Below are positions 37,557 to 47,000 of a stretch of DNA of 62,942 nt, in pieces. This stretch comes from Halanaerobiales bacterium (GTDB lineage: Bacteria; Bacillota; Halanaerobiia; B1SED10-174): the NCBI GenBank assembly GCA_003551905.1, contig PUNT01000277.1, positions 1 through 62,942 on the forward strand. The letters run 5' to 3'. Under the pieces are notes generated by a model that worked only from the letters and a program-made list of their open reading frames with translations, did not search any database and was not told the origin of the DNA. The position numbers and the translations under genes are program-made. Positions within the stretch are counted from its first letter, which is position 1. Each line of letters opens with the position of its first letter.

Positions 37557-38067
37557 AATGTTGAATAGAAGGGGAGTAAGCCTGGACGAAATAGCCAGTA
37601 TTGTTCAGAGTCTGCAGAGCCCCTACAATGATGATTTGAAGTTTGCAGAATGTTTGTATAGTGTAGAGAGAGTTTTAGAAAAGAGGGAGGTTCAATATAT
37701 AATTCTCACTGGACTGGCTTTGGACATTGAAGCTGAGGAAGGTAGATTGGAACCGCCCATACAGGGTATTATTGCTGATGATGAGCCTCTTTATGGTGTA
37801 GATGAGACGCTAGCCATGGGCATTGCCACCATCTATGGCACAATAGGTCTCACAAGTTTTGGTTACCTGGACAAGTGCAAAGAAGGCTTACTGGGGAGGC
37901 TCAACAATCATGAGGGGGGAAAGGTTAATACTTTTCTAGACGATATAGTGGCTGGGATCGCTTCAGCAGCTTCAGCCCGGATAGCCCATGCCAGGAGGAC
38001 ACAACTAAGGGATGAGGAAGAGGGTGACGTGGATGAAACAGCGGGTGGAAAGGGATTCACTGGGTGA
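37537..38067 (+). CDS. Phosphatidylglycerophosphatase A family protein (YutG-like)
   Basis: About 176 aa. LYGVDETLAMGIATIYG ... FLDDIVAGIASAA. The ATG at 37537 lies 6 nt after AGGAGG. The ORF track starts at a TTG at 37513. Confidence 0.7.
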   Translation: MKAKVIEMLNRRGVSLDEIASIVQSLQSPYNDDLKFAECLYSVERVLEKREVQYIILTGLALDIEAEEGRLEPPIQGIIADDEPLYGVDETLAMGIATIYGTIGLTSFGYLDKCKEGLLGRLNNHEGGKVNTFLDDIVAGIASAASARIAHARRTQLRDEEEGDVDETAGGKGFTG

Positions 38068-39478
38068 GCGTTTGATTCCCAGCAAAGCCTATTATGGCTG
38101 TCAGACTCTCCGGGCAGCAGATAATTTTCCCATTACCGGGGACAGGGTGCACCCCCAGCTCATTCAGGCTGTGGCCATGGTGAAGAAAGCTGCATTTCTG
38201 GTCAATATGGAGCTGGGGATGCTGGAGGAGAAAAAAGGGAATGCTCTGGTGTCTGCTGCTGAAGAGATAATGGAAGGGCAGCTTCATGACGAATTCATAG
38301 TTGATCCCATACAGGGAGGGGCTGGCACTTCCATCAACATGAATATGAACGAAGTTCTGGCCAACAGGGCACTGGAGATAATAGGTAGTGAAAAAGGAAA
38401 TTATAAATTGATTCATCCCAATAATCATGCCAATATGGGTCAATCCACAAATGATGTTTTACCTACAGCTGTTCGCCTGGGAGCCATAAACCTGCTGGGC
38501 CGGGTAATCAGCCGTTATGGTGAAATGGTCAAGGTCCTGGAGGAAAAAGCCCAGGAGTTTGATGACGTGATAAAAATGGGCAGAACTCATCTGCAGGATG
38601 CAGTTCCCATACGCCTGGGGCAGGAGTTTCAATCCTTTGCTGATGCTGCCAAGCGAGACCTGCAGAGATTTGCTGAAGCTCAAAAAGGTTTGCGAATTGT
38701 GAATTTAGGAGCTACAGCTATTGGAACCGGTCTCAATGCTGACCGAGAATATGTTAGAAAAGTAACGATAAAATTGAGTGAAATAGCCGGGCAGGATTTA
38801 AAGCAGGCAGCAAATCTGGTTGATGCTACCCAAAATCATGACCAATTAGCCGAACTGTCAGGAGCTCTGCGGATTGCATCCCTTAACTTGAACAAAGTTG
38901 CCAGTGACCTGCGCCTTATGGCTTCCGGCCCCCGGACTGGACTTTTTGAGATTACCATACCACCAGCCCAGCCTGGTTCTTCAATAATGCCGGGCAAGGT
39001 CAACCCGGTAATTCCTGAGGTTGTGAGTCAGGTATCATTTCAAATTCAGGGGAATGATTTAGCTATATCAATGGCAGTCCAGTCAGGCCAGCTGGATCTT
39101 AATGCTATGATGCCCATCCTGGTTTTTAACCTGTACCAATCCCTGGATATTATTGCTCAGGCTGCTACAGTTTTTTCCCGAAAATGTTTGCAGGGAATTG
39201 AGGCCAACAAGGAAAGATGCCGGAGGATGGTAGAGGAGAGCCTGGGTATAATAACTGCCATCAATCCTCATGTGGGTTATGAAGCAGCAACTCGCATTGT
39301 TCAGAAAAGCCTGGCAACTGGCAAAACACTGCGAGAAATTGTTCTAGAGGAAGGGCTGCTCACTGCTGAGGAACTGGATATTATACTGAACCCCCAGGAG
39401 ATGACCAGGCCTGGAATTGCTGGCAAGGAATTATTAGAAGGTTATGGTGGGGTATATGAAGGAAAGGGGAAAAAATGA
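38033..39478 (+). CDS. aspA: Aspartate ammonia-lyase (class II fumarase/aspartase family)
   Basis: The GSSIMPGKVNP signature is present, and GQSTNDVLPTA favours aspartase over fumarase. The N-terminus MKQRVERDSLGE from the ATG at 38033 matches family N-termini. An alternative ATG lies at 38012. Confidence 0.8.
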   Translation: MKQRVERDSLGERLIPSKAYYGCQTLRAADNFPITGDRVHPQLIQAVAMVKKAAFLVNMELGMLEEKKGNALVSAAEEIMEGQLHDEFIVDPIQGGAGTSINMNMNEVLANRALEIIGSEKGNYKLIHPNNHANMGQSTNDVLPTAVRLGAINLLGRVISRYGEMVKVLEEKAQEFDDVIKMGRTHLQDAVPIRLGQEFQSFADAAKRDLQRFAEAQKGLRIVNLGATAIGTGLNADREYVRKVTIKLSEIAGQDLKQAANLVDATQNHDQLAELSGALRIASLNLNKVASDLRLMASGPRTGLFEITIPPAQPGSSIMPGKVNPVIPEVVSQVSFQIQGNDLAISMAVQSGQLDLNAMMPILVFNLYQSLDIIAQAATVFSRKCLQGIEANKERCRRMVEESLGIITAINPHVGYEAATRIVQKSLATGKTLREIVLEEGLLTAEELDIILNPQEMTRPGIAGKELLEGYGGVYEGKGKK

Positions 39479-39930
39479 TCCTAGAAGAGCTTTACCGGTA
39501 CCTTGTGGTGTTCATTACTGCAGCACTGCCAGTTGTTGAACTCAGAGGAGCTATACCTCTGGCCCGAACCCTGGGACTGGAACCTCCAATATCTTTTATA
39601 CTGGCTGTTGGTGGTAATATACTGCCGGTTGCCCCATTGCTTTTACTTTTAGAGCCGGTACGCAATTATCTGGAGAAAGAGATTACTTTTTTACAGCGCT
39701 TTTTTGCCTGGTTGGATAATCGGACCCACAAGCGGAGCAGAAATGTAGAAAAATATGGTATGATCGGGCTGGTTTTATTAACCGCTATTCCCCTGCCAAC
39801 TACTGGAGCCTGGACCGCCAGCCTGGTGGCAATTATGTTTAAAATTTCGTTTTGGCCTTCTTTCAGTGCAATTTGTGCCGGTGTTGTCATTGCTGGAGTT
39901 GTTGTAACTACAGTTACCTTCTGGTGGTGA
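39475..39930 (+). CDS. Small multidrug-export-like membrane protein (PF06695/COG2426 type)
   Basis: 151 aa with 4 TM helices. The N-terminus LPVVELRGAIPLA is typical. ATGA overlap with aspA. Confidence 0.7.
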   Translation: MILEELYRYLVVFITAALPVVELRGAIPLARTLGLEPPISFILAVGGNILPVAPLLLLLEPVRNYLEKEITFLQRFFAWLDNRTHKRSRNVEKYGMIGLVLLTAIPLPTTGAWTASLVAIMFKISFWPSFSAICAGVVIAGVVVTTVTFWW

Positions 39931-40004
39931 TCAGTCACGCTAATTGCTATAATTGTTATACAGGGAGGAAGAAGGATAGGAATACTGAGAAAAGGGGTTT
40001 AAAG

Positions 40005-41003
40005 ATGAAGAGAATTGGTGTTTTAACTAGTGGTGGAGATGCTCCCGGCATGAATGCTGCCATAAGAGCTGTTGTCCGTAATGGCATTTATAAAAAACTC
40101 GAGGTAATGGGGATCAGGCATGGATTCCTTGGCACAATTAAGAACACCTATCATAAAATGGTTCGGGGAAGTGTGGCTGATATAATTCACCGGGGCGGCA
40201 CAGTGCTTCAGACAGCCAGGTGTGATGAATTTTTATCTCCTGCTGGCAGAGCACAAGCTGCTGAAAATATAAGGAAAGCAGGTATAGACGGGCTGGTTAT
40301 AATAGGTGGTGATGGTTCCATGCGGGGGGCTCAACTTCTGGAGCAGGAGCAGGATATACCAGTGGCCTGTGTGCCGGCAACAATTGATAATGATGTTGGC
40401 AGGACTGATTTCTGCATTGGGTTTGATACAGCCATGAACACGGTTATTGATGCGGTGAATAAGATAAGGGATACAGCAACTTCCCATGAAAGAATATTTG
40501 TGGTAGAAGTTATGGGTCGACAAAGGGGATTTCTTACCCTTCATGCTGGACTGGCTGCCGGTGCTGAATCCATAGTCATTCCAGAAAGGCCTCTCAGCAT
40601 TGATGATATTTGCAAAAAACTGGAGCACGGTTTCAAGCGGGGCAAAAAACACAGCATTATCATGGTTGCCGAAGGTGTAGGTGGTGATTTCCAGGTTAAC
40701 AGGGACCTGTATCAGAGCAAAGCTTTCAGCCTGGCTGAAGATATAAGCAGACAAGTGGGTCGTGAAACCAGGGTTATAATTCTGGGTCATCTGCAGCGTG
40801 GTGGCAATCCTAGCGCCCGGGACCGAATACTGGCCAGTCGCATGGGTGCCCATGCAGTTGACCTGCTCCTGGCAGGAGAAAAGAGTGTGATGAGTGGGGT
40901 GGTCCATGAACAACTAGTTCATACCTCCATCGAGTTAGCTCTTGCAGAGGAGCCTGCTCTGAATAAAGAGATGCTGGAACTGGCCCACATATTATCCCTA
41001 TAA
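40005..41003 (+). CDS. pfkA: ATP-dependent 6-phosphofructokinase
   Basis: MKRIGVLTSGGDAPGMNAAIRAVV, IGGDGS, PATIDND and MGR motifs. The ORF-track start at 39852 adds a spurious Cys-rich extension that overlaps the upstream gene. Confidence 0.95.
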   Translation: MKRIGVLTSGGDAPGMNAAIRAVVRNGIYKKLEVMGIRHGFLGTIKNTYHKMVRGSVADIIHRGGTVLQTARCDEFLSPAGRAQAAENIRKAGIDGLVIIGGDGSMRGAQLLEQEQDIPVACVPATIDNDVGRTDFCIGFDTAMNTVIDAVNKIRDTATSHERIFVVEVMGRQRGFLTLHAGLAAGAESIVIPERPLSIDDICKKLEHGFKRGKKHSIIMVAEGVGGDFQVNRDLYQSKAFSLAEDISRQVGRETRVIILGHLQRGGNPSARDRILASRMGAHAVDLLLAGEKSVMSGVVHEQLVHTSIELALAEEPALNKEMLELAHILSL

Positions 41004-41077
41004 TAAGATTCCGGGTTGTTAGTTTTGAGATTGAAGGAAAAGTAATAACTAACTGAATTTGTACAATTCTTTTTGGC

Positions 41078-41106
41078 ACCTCCTGCATTGGGAGGTATTT
41101 TCTTAT
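41078..41106 (+). terminator. Rho-independent terminator after pfkA
   Basis: ACCTCC-TGCATTG-GGAGGT followed by ATTTTCTT. Confidence 0.55.
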
Positions 41107-41221
41107 GTTCTGATATCGTATGCAAAAAATTTTTCATTACCCATGCAAGAAATATTGCAATAGATGAAGGATTCTATCTTTATATATCTAATGAGAAATA
41201 TGAGAGGTTGAATAGGAAGAT

Positions 41222-42676
41222 ATGATTGCTGGTGGTGATTTAATGAAAGAAAGTGAAGAGGGTAGACCTCTTATGGATGACAGTAGTCTTTATTCCATTC
41301 TCAATGCCCTTAATGAGGGTATTCACATAGTGGATAAAAAAGGGCGGACTGTTTTTTTTAATGATATGGCAGCCAGAATAGATGGATTAAAAAAAGAAGA
41401 AGTTTTAGGTAAAAATATTTTTGAGGTTTATCCCTCCCTGACACTAGAAAGCAGCACCTTAATGCAGGTTCTCAAAACAGGAAAGGCTATTAGAAACATG
41501 CAGCAGACTTTTATAAATTTTCGGGGGGAGAAGATAACCACCATAAATACCACTGTACCCATCCGATTTGCCAGTGATGAGGTTGGGGCCATGGAGATAT
41601 CCCAGGACATTACTCGCTTCAAAGAGCTGGTGGAAACTCTCAACAGATTTCGCCATCAATTGAATTCTAACCTCACCGATGGGCATACCGAACAACACAG
41701 GGAAAGCAATGATTCCTTTAACAGGATAATTGGTGACAGCAACCAAATGATGACTGCCCTGGAACAGGCCAGGAAAGCTGCTTTAACTACCTCTCCTGTT
41801 CTCATAAGTGGAGAGGTTGGTACTGGCAAAGAGCTATTTGCCCGGAGCATTCACAATAATAGTTCTCGACAGGAAAAACCATTCGTGGTGCAGGACTGTG
41901 GGGCTCTGCCACTGGAGCTTTTGGGTAGCACCCTTTTTGGTGCTGGGGGCAGATCAGGTCTTTTTGAGCAGGCCCGGGGGGGCACCATACTCCTGGAAAG
42001 GGTGGATTCCCTGGACTTCCCTCTACAGGCCAGGGTTCTGGGAGTCCTGCAGGACAGAAAACTCAGAAGGGTTGGTGGTAGCCAGGAAATGAGCATTGAT
42101 GTTCGAATTATTACTACCATCAATAGTGCAGCTGAACAGGCTATGGAGGAAGGAAAGCTCAGGCAGGATCTTTTTTACCGCTTAAGTGTTGTTTATATTA
42201 AGATTCCGGCACTACGCCAGCGACTGGAAGATTTGCCGGTTCTGATAGAATATTTTATTGAAGGTTACAATAAGATGTTTGACCGGTCAGTGAGAGGGTT
42301 TGAAGAGGACTTGCTGGAGATTTTTTCTGCTTATGAATGGCCGGGAAATGTCCGGGAACTGCAGCATGCCCTGGAAAGCGCAGTAAACTCTGTTGACAAT
42401 GATAGCTATATAGGTTTTAAGGATTTGCCGGAGTACCTGCAGGAAAAGTTCAAGAGCAAAGAGAGCAGTTATCATGAGAGACTGGATGTTAATTCTTTGC
42501 TGAAAAAGGGTGATTCTCTCCCCCATGTCATTGAAGAAATGGAAAAGGAAATGGTGGCTGATGCCCTGGATAAGTCTGAAGGCAATATCAGTCAAGCAGC
42601 AAAAATTCTGGGTATTTCCAGGCAATCCCTTCAGTATAAGATGAAGAAGTTTAAGCTCTGGGAGGGTAGAGGATAA
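41222..42676 (+). CDS. PAS-domain transcriptional regulator of the bacterial enhancer-binding-protein (AAA+) type, lacking the GAFTGA loop
   Basis: 484 aa. PAS domain, Walker A GEVGTGKE, WPGNVREL and a Fis-type HTH ISQAAKILGISRQSLQYKMKKF. Between LFG and FEQA there are only 7 residues, so there is no GAFTGA. The Walker B position reads LLER. Confidence 0.8.
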   Translation: MIAGGDLMKESEEGRPLMDDSSLYSILNALNEGIHIVDKKGRTVFFNDMAARIDGLKKEEVLGKNIFEVYPSLTLESSTLMQVLKTGKAIRNMQQTFINFRGEKITTINTTVPIRFASDEVGAMEISQDITRFKELVETLNRFRHQLNSNLTDGHTEQHRESNDSFNRIIGDSNQMMTALEQARKAALTTSPVLISGEVGTGKELFARSIHNNSSRQEKPFVVQDCGALPLELLGSTLFGAGGRSGLFEQARGGTILLERVDSLDFPLQARVLGVLQDRKLRRVGGSQEMSIDVRIITTINSAAEQAMEEGKLRQDLFYRLSVVYIKIPALRQRLEDLPVLIEYFIEGYNKMFDRSVRGFEEDLLEIFSAYEWPGNVRELQHALESAVNSVDNDSYIGFKDLPEYLQEKFKSKESSYHERLDVNSLLKKGDSLPHVIEEMEKEMVADALDKSEGNISQAAKILGISRQSLQYKMKKFKLWEGRG

Positions 42677-43602
42677 TGAATTTATATTTAATCGTTGCTT
42701 TTCTTATCATAGGTTTTTTTGTGGGGTACTGGCAGTTTTTCCCGGCTGTTTTTTATCGCTTAACAGGTTATATTGCCGGTGCTGGATTATTTGTGCTTCT
42801 CCTGGCCATGGGGGCCAGAATTGGTGCTGAAGAAGCTATTATTAGTGAGCTGGACCATATGGGGTTACAGGCCCTGGCCCTGGCCTTGGGCACTATTGTA
42901 GGCAGCACCCTGTTTTTGAAGATTCTATCAATCTATATACCTTTACATTGCCGGGTTGATAAGGATATGGAAGGAGTAAAAGTGAAAGGCAGGAGATGGG
43001 GATTGACCCTGCTTATTGTGTTTGCTCTCATCCTGGGTCTATCAGGTGGTTATTTTTTCCTGGCAGAGGATTTTGTTGCATACCTGGACCTTATAACCAC
43101 CTACGCTTTGGGAATTCTGCTCCTGGGAGTAGGTATTGACCTGGGGAGAAACCGGAAAGTTCTGGTTTTGGCCAGATCTGCAGGTTGGTATCTCTTCTTA
43201 ATTCCTGTTGTTGTTGCTCTTGGGAGCCTTCTGGGAGCAGGGCTGGTGGGTCTTTCTCTGGGACTTTTAAGCAGCGAATCTCTGGCCATTGGAGCTGGTT
43301 TTGGCTGGTACAGTTTGTCCGGAATAATTATTACCAATCTTCACAGCGTGGAACTGGGAACACTTGCTTTTCTCACCAATGTTTTCCGGGAAATTCTGGC
43401 CATACTCATGATTCCCCTGATTGTAAGGTTTTTTGGGAAAGTGGCCAGTATTGCTCCCGGCGGAGCCACCACCATGGATGTTACTCTCCCCATAATCAAA
43501 AATATAGCCGGGGAGGAAGTGGTTATCCCGGCATTCATCAGTGGCGTGGTTCTTTCCTTCCTGGTTCCGCTTTTGGTTCCCCTGTTCATAAACTTTTTAT
43601 GA
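42676..43602 (+). CDS. LysO/YbjE-like (DUF340) membrane transporter
   Basis: 308 aa polytopic protein. Glycine-rich TM helices fit DUF340. Its start overlaps the regulator's stop by 1 nt. Confidence 0.6.
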   Translation: MNLYLIVAFLIIGFFVGYWQFFPAVFYRLTGYIAGAGLFVLLLAMGARIGAEEAIISELDHMGLQALALALGTIVGSTLFLKILSIYIPLHCRVDKDMEGVKVKGRRWGLTLLIVFALILGLSGGYFFLAEDFVAYLDLITTYALGILLLGVGIDLGRNRKVLVLARSAGWYLFLIPVVVALGSLLGAGLVGLSLGLLSSESLAIGAGFGWYSLSGIIITNLHSVELGTLAFLTNVFREILAILMIPLIVRFFGKVASIAPGGATTMDVTLPIIKNIAGEEVVIPAFISGVVLSFLVPLLVPLFINFL

Positions 43603-43618
43603 AATATATGAAAGCAGG

Positions 43619-44707
43619 GTGGCTATGAAGAAAGGACTTATTGGAGATATCTCCAGAGAAAAAGTAAAAAGCGTTGCCATAATTGGCCTGGCCAAAAATG
43701 CTGGCAAAACTGTTACCTTTAACACCATTGTTGAGGAGGCGGCACAAGAGGGCATTAGCCTGGGACTTTTATCCTATGGCCGGGATGGAGAATTGGTAGA
43801 TAGTGTGACACTGCAGGAAAAACCAAAGATATTTATTCCACCTGGTACCCTTTTCGTTACTGCCCAAAGAGCGCTGGAAAAAGGTTCAGTGCCTGCTGAA
43901 AAAGTATTAGAAACCGGTTATTTCTCAGTTATGGGTGAAGTTAACGTGTACCGGGCCCTGGACAGGGGAGGTTATGCAGAACTTGTAGGTATTAATTCTA
44001 CATCACGCCTGCAAAGGATAAAGGACTATCTGCAGGGGCGGGTTGATCTTATGCTGGTGGATGGGGCCCTGGATCGCCGGAGCTCAGCAGTGCCAACATT
44101 GACAGATGGAGTAATTGTGGCCACCGGGGCAGTTTTGGGCAATACAGAGGATTTTGTTATTTTCAGGACCGTTAACGAACTGCAGAAACTCACATTACCT
44201 CAGGTCACAGACTCCAGATTAAAGGAAATGGCCCGGGAGGCTATGGAAGCTGCCAGTATAACAATTATTAAAAGATCTGGAGAACTGGAAAAAGTGAAAG
44301 GACTTTCTACCTTCCAGGCCCAGGAGAAAATATTCAAAAACAGGTATATGTTGAATGATGCCTCAGCAATTATTTTTTCCGGCGCTCTCATTGACAGTTT
44401 TTTGGAGAAAGCGGTTTTTCCTGAGATGGTAAGGGATTGTAAGATTTTGGTCCGGGACGGCACCAGAGTGTTTCTTAACTGGCGTAACATGAATTTACTC
44501 AAAGAATATAATTTGCAGTTACTGGTAATCAATCCTGTGCAAGTTTTAGGTGTCACAGTGAACCCTACCAGTCCTTACAGTGCACCCCTTGACTCGCAAA
44601 AACTGGTACTGGGGCTCAAAAAAGCCCTGGTCAGGTTGCCGGTTTATGATCTCAAGGGGGAAGGATATCAGGCTAAAAGGGGGGCTTTTGTTGGAGGAAA
44701 AAATTAG
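43619..44707 (+). CDS. Hypothetical protein with an N-terminal P-loop-like motif
   Basis: 362 aa. VAIIGLAKNAGKT (GxxxxGKT) near the N-terminus and LMLVDGALDR as a possible Walker B. It lies directly upstream of kamD and overlaps it. Confidence 0.45.
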   Translation: MAMKKGLIGDISREKVKSVAIIGLAKNAGKTVTFNTIVEEAAQEGISLGLLSYGRDGELVDSVTLQEKPKIFIPPGTLFVTAQRALEKGSVPAEKVLETGYFSVMGEVNVYRALDRGGYAELVGINSTSRLQRIKDYLQGRVDLMLVDGALDRRSSAVPTLTDGVIVATGAVLGNTEDFVIFRTVNELQKLTLPQVTDSRLKEMAREAMEAASITIIKRSGELEKVKGLSTFQAQEKIFKNRYMLNDASAIIFSGALIDSFLEKAVFPEMVRDCKILVRDGTRVFLNWRNMNLLKEYNLQLLVINPVQVLGVTVNPTSPYSAPLDSQKLVLGLKKALVRLPVYDLKGEGYQAKRGAFVGGKN

Positions 44708-46256
44708 GATTTCCTGGGATGTGGTGGACAGGTGCCGACAGGCTGCCAGGAGCATAACTGATGACATCATGGTGCACATTCATGAGAATACCACCACTAC
44801 AGTGGAAAGAACGGTACTGCGGCTCATGGGGATAGAAGGAAGCGATGAGCAGGGAATTCCTCTGGCCAATGTAATGGTAGAACAGATTAACAACAGCGGG
44901 TTGCTTGGGGATGGTGTTGCCTTCTGGCTGGGTAATGCTATGCAGGCTACTGATGAAGGACCGCAAAAAATTGCTGAGCAGGTGGGGAGGGGTGAATTTG
45001 CTCTTCCTGATCTGCCCCGGCAGGAGCCTGCTATTGTCCGACAGAAAGTTGCTGAGGTGGCTGAGCGGGGTCTTGAGAGAATTAAAAAGAAACGGGCAGA
45101 GAGGGAGAGCCTGATGAAAGAGTTACCCCCCGGTCCTCAGCCCTGGCTCTATGTAATTGTTGCCACCGGTAATATTTATGAGGATGTAAAGCAGGCTCGG
45201 GCAGCTGTTGAAAAGGGAGCTGATATTATAGCTGTAATCCGCTCAACGGCCCAGAGTCTTTTGGATTATGTGCCCTATGGTCCTACAACAGAGGGTTTTG
45301 GGGGAACCTATGCTACTCAGGAGAATTTTCGTATAATGCGGGAAGCCCTGGATGATGGTGGCCGGGAAGCAGGCCGTTACATTCAGCTGGTTAATTATTC
45401 TTCCGGTTTGTGCATGCCGGAGATAGCTGCCATGGGTGCTGTGGAGAGGCTGGATATGATGTTGAATGACTCCATGTACGGCATATTGTTTCGGGACATC
45501 AATATGAAAAGGACTTTTATTGATCAACATTTTTCACGTATGATCAATGCTGTGGCTGGAATAACCATCAACACCGGTGAAGATAATTATCTAACCACAA
45601 CTGATGCTTTGGATGAGGCTCACACCGTTCTGGCTTCCCAGTTTATCAATGAATCTTTAGGTTTCAAATCCGGTTTAAAAACACAGCAAATGGGATTGGG
45701 ACATGCCTTTGAGATTGATCCAGACCTGGAGGATGGTTTTCTCTTTGAGATTGCCCAGGCCCAGTTGATTCGGCAGATTTTTCCCCACGCTCCTATAAAA
45801 TATATGCCACCTACCAAGTACATTACCGGTGATATTTTTCGGGCCCACCTCATCAATGGTATGTTTAACCTGGCCGGAGTCATGACCGGCCAGGGCATTC
45901 AGCTTCTGGGCATGCTCACAGAAGCGATCCATACGCCTTTTGTTCAGGACCGGGCCCTGAGTATTGAGAATGCCAGGTATATTTTTAATAATGCCCGGGA
46001 CCTGCAGGATGAGATTATGTTCGTGCCCTACGGTCGTATACAGCAGCGAGCTGATGAGGTCCTGTTAAAAGCTGCTTCCATGCTGGAATCTATAACAGAA
46101 AAGGGTCTCATGCAGGCTATCGAAGATGGTATGTTTGCTAATATTTCTCGTCCCCAGGAAGGTGGAAAAGGCCTGGATGGTTTAGTCAAGAAAGGAGAAG
46201 AATATTATAATCCGTTCAGTGATATGTTTAAAGAGGAGCTGAGCATCCATGAATGA
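44691..46256 (+). CDS. kamD: Lysine 5,6-aminomutase alpha subunit
   Basis: HENTTTTVERTVLRLMGIEG and the overall length fit KamD. A TTG at 44688/44691 lies 6 nt after a G-run. The ORF track starts at 44580, inside the upstream gene. Confidence 0.8.
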   Translation: MEEKIRISWDVVDRCRQAARSITDDIMVHIHENTTTTVERTVLRLMGIEGSDEQGIPLANVMVEQINNSGLLGDGVAFWLGNAMQATDEGPQKIAEQVGRGEFALPDLPRQEPAIVRQKVAEVAERGLERIKKKRAERESLMKELPPGPQPWLYVIVATGNIYEDVKQARAAVEKGADIIAVIRSTAQSLLDYVPYGPTTEGFGGTYATQENFRIMREALDDGGREAGRYIQLVNYSSGLCMPEIAAMGAVERLDMMLNDSMYGILFRDINMKRTFIDQHFSRMINAVAGITINTGEDNYLTTTDALDEAHTVLASQFINESLGFKSGLKTQQMGLGHAFEIDPDLEDGFLFEIAQAQLIRQIFPHAPIKYMPPTKYITGDIFRAHLINGMFNLAGVMTGQGIQLLGMLTEAIHTPFVQDRALSIENARYIFNNARDLQDEIMFVPYGRIQQRADEVLLKAASMLESITEKGLMQAIEDGMFANISRPQEGGKGLDGLVKKGEEYYNPFSDMFKEELSIHE

Positions 46257-46986
46257 ACTCAAAGAATTGAGGCCGTACGGAGATAGCTTCAATGATGGGA
46301 AAATCCAGGTTAGTTTTTCCCTGCCCCTTGATGCTGGGCTGGAAGCTCAGGAGGTAGCCAGGCAACTGGCTTACAAGATGGGGTTGGAAGAGGTAAATGT
46401 TGTGGATATGAAGAATATAGGAGAGGGCTTCAGTTTTTTCATTATCTACGGCAAGTTAAAATATGGAGTGGATGCCAGCCAGATCCGGGTAGCTAAAGCT
46501 GTATCCAGGTCCATGAGTTATTATGAGATAAATGATTTTATTAGGGAGCATATAGGTCGGAAAATCCTGGTGGTAGGTGCCTGTACCGGTTCTGATGCCC
46601 ACACAGTAGGACTGGATGCCATAATGAATATGAAGGGGTTTGCTGGGGAATACGGCCTGGAGCGCTACCCGGAAATTAAAACGGTGAACATGGGAAGTCA
46701 GGTAGCAAATGAGGACCTCATAAAGAAGGCCATGGAAGTCAATGCTGATGCTATACTGATTTCACAGGTGGTTACTCAGAAAGAAGCCCATATCAAGAAC
46801 TTAACAGAATTTGTAGATCTCCTGGAAGCTGAGGGATTGCGGGACAGGTTCCTGCTCATTGTTGGCGGGCCCAGGATCAGCCATGAACTGGCATTAGAGC
46901 TGGGATTTGATGCTGGCTTTGGCCAGGGTACCAAGCCTAATGATGTGGCCAGTTATATAGTGCAGAACCTGGTGAAAAAAGTTTGA
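46249..46986 (+). CDS. kamE: Lysine 5,6-aminomutase beta subunit (B12-binding)
   Basis: 245 aa. Cobalamin base-off motif SDAHTVG (DxHxxG) in a Rossmann-like domain. It overlaps the kamD stop. Confidence 0.8.
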   Translation: MNELKELRPYGDSFNDGKIQVSFSLPLDAGLEAQEVARQLAYKMGLEEVNVVDMKNIGEGFSFFIIYGKLKYGVDASQIRVAKAVSRSMSYYEINDFIREHIGRKILVVGACTGSDAHTVGLDAIMNMKGFAGEYGLERYPEIKTVNMGSQVANEDLIKKAMEVNADAILISQVVTQKEAHIKNLTEFVDLLEAEGLRDRFLLIVGGPRISHELALELGFDAGFGQGTKPNDVASYIVQNLVKKV

Positions 46987-47000
46987 GTTAATAATGGGAG

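Noticed and set aside
39852-40004. A Cys-rich 51-aa N-terminal extension of the pfkA ORF (CRCCHCWSCC...).
   Set aside because: It lies in an alternative frame of the preceding membrane-protein gene. The canonical PfkA N-terminus MKRIGVLTSGGD starts at the ATG at 40005.
40233-40913. Long antisense ORFs nested in confidently assigned genes. These include the 226 aa opposite pfkA, 57902..58531 opposite katE, 20474..21031 opposite DUF58, 46988..47669 opposite the CoA-transferase genes, 53691..54122, 8014..8406 and 7180..7566.
   Set aside because: They are shadow ORFs with biased composition (Ser/Pro/Arg-rich), no SDs and no recognisable motifs. The opposite-strand genes have strong family signatures.
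41074-41090. TTGGCACCTCCTGCATT resembles a sigma-54 promoter (TGGCAC-N5-TTGC), just upstream of a bEBP-type regulator.
   Set aside because: The GG and GC dinucleotides are separated by 8 nt, not the canonical 10. The sequence forms the stem of the pfkA terminator hairpin (ACCTCC/GGAGGT). The regulator itself lacks GAFTGA.
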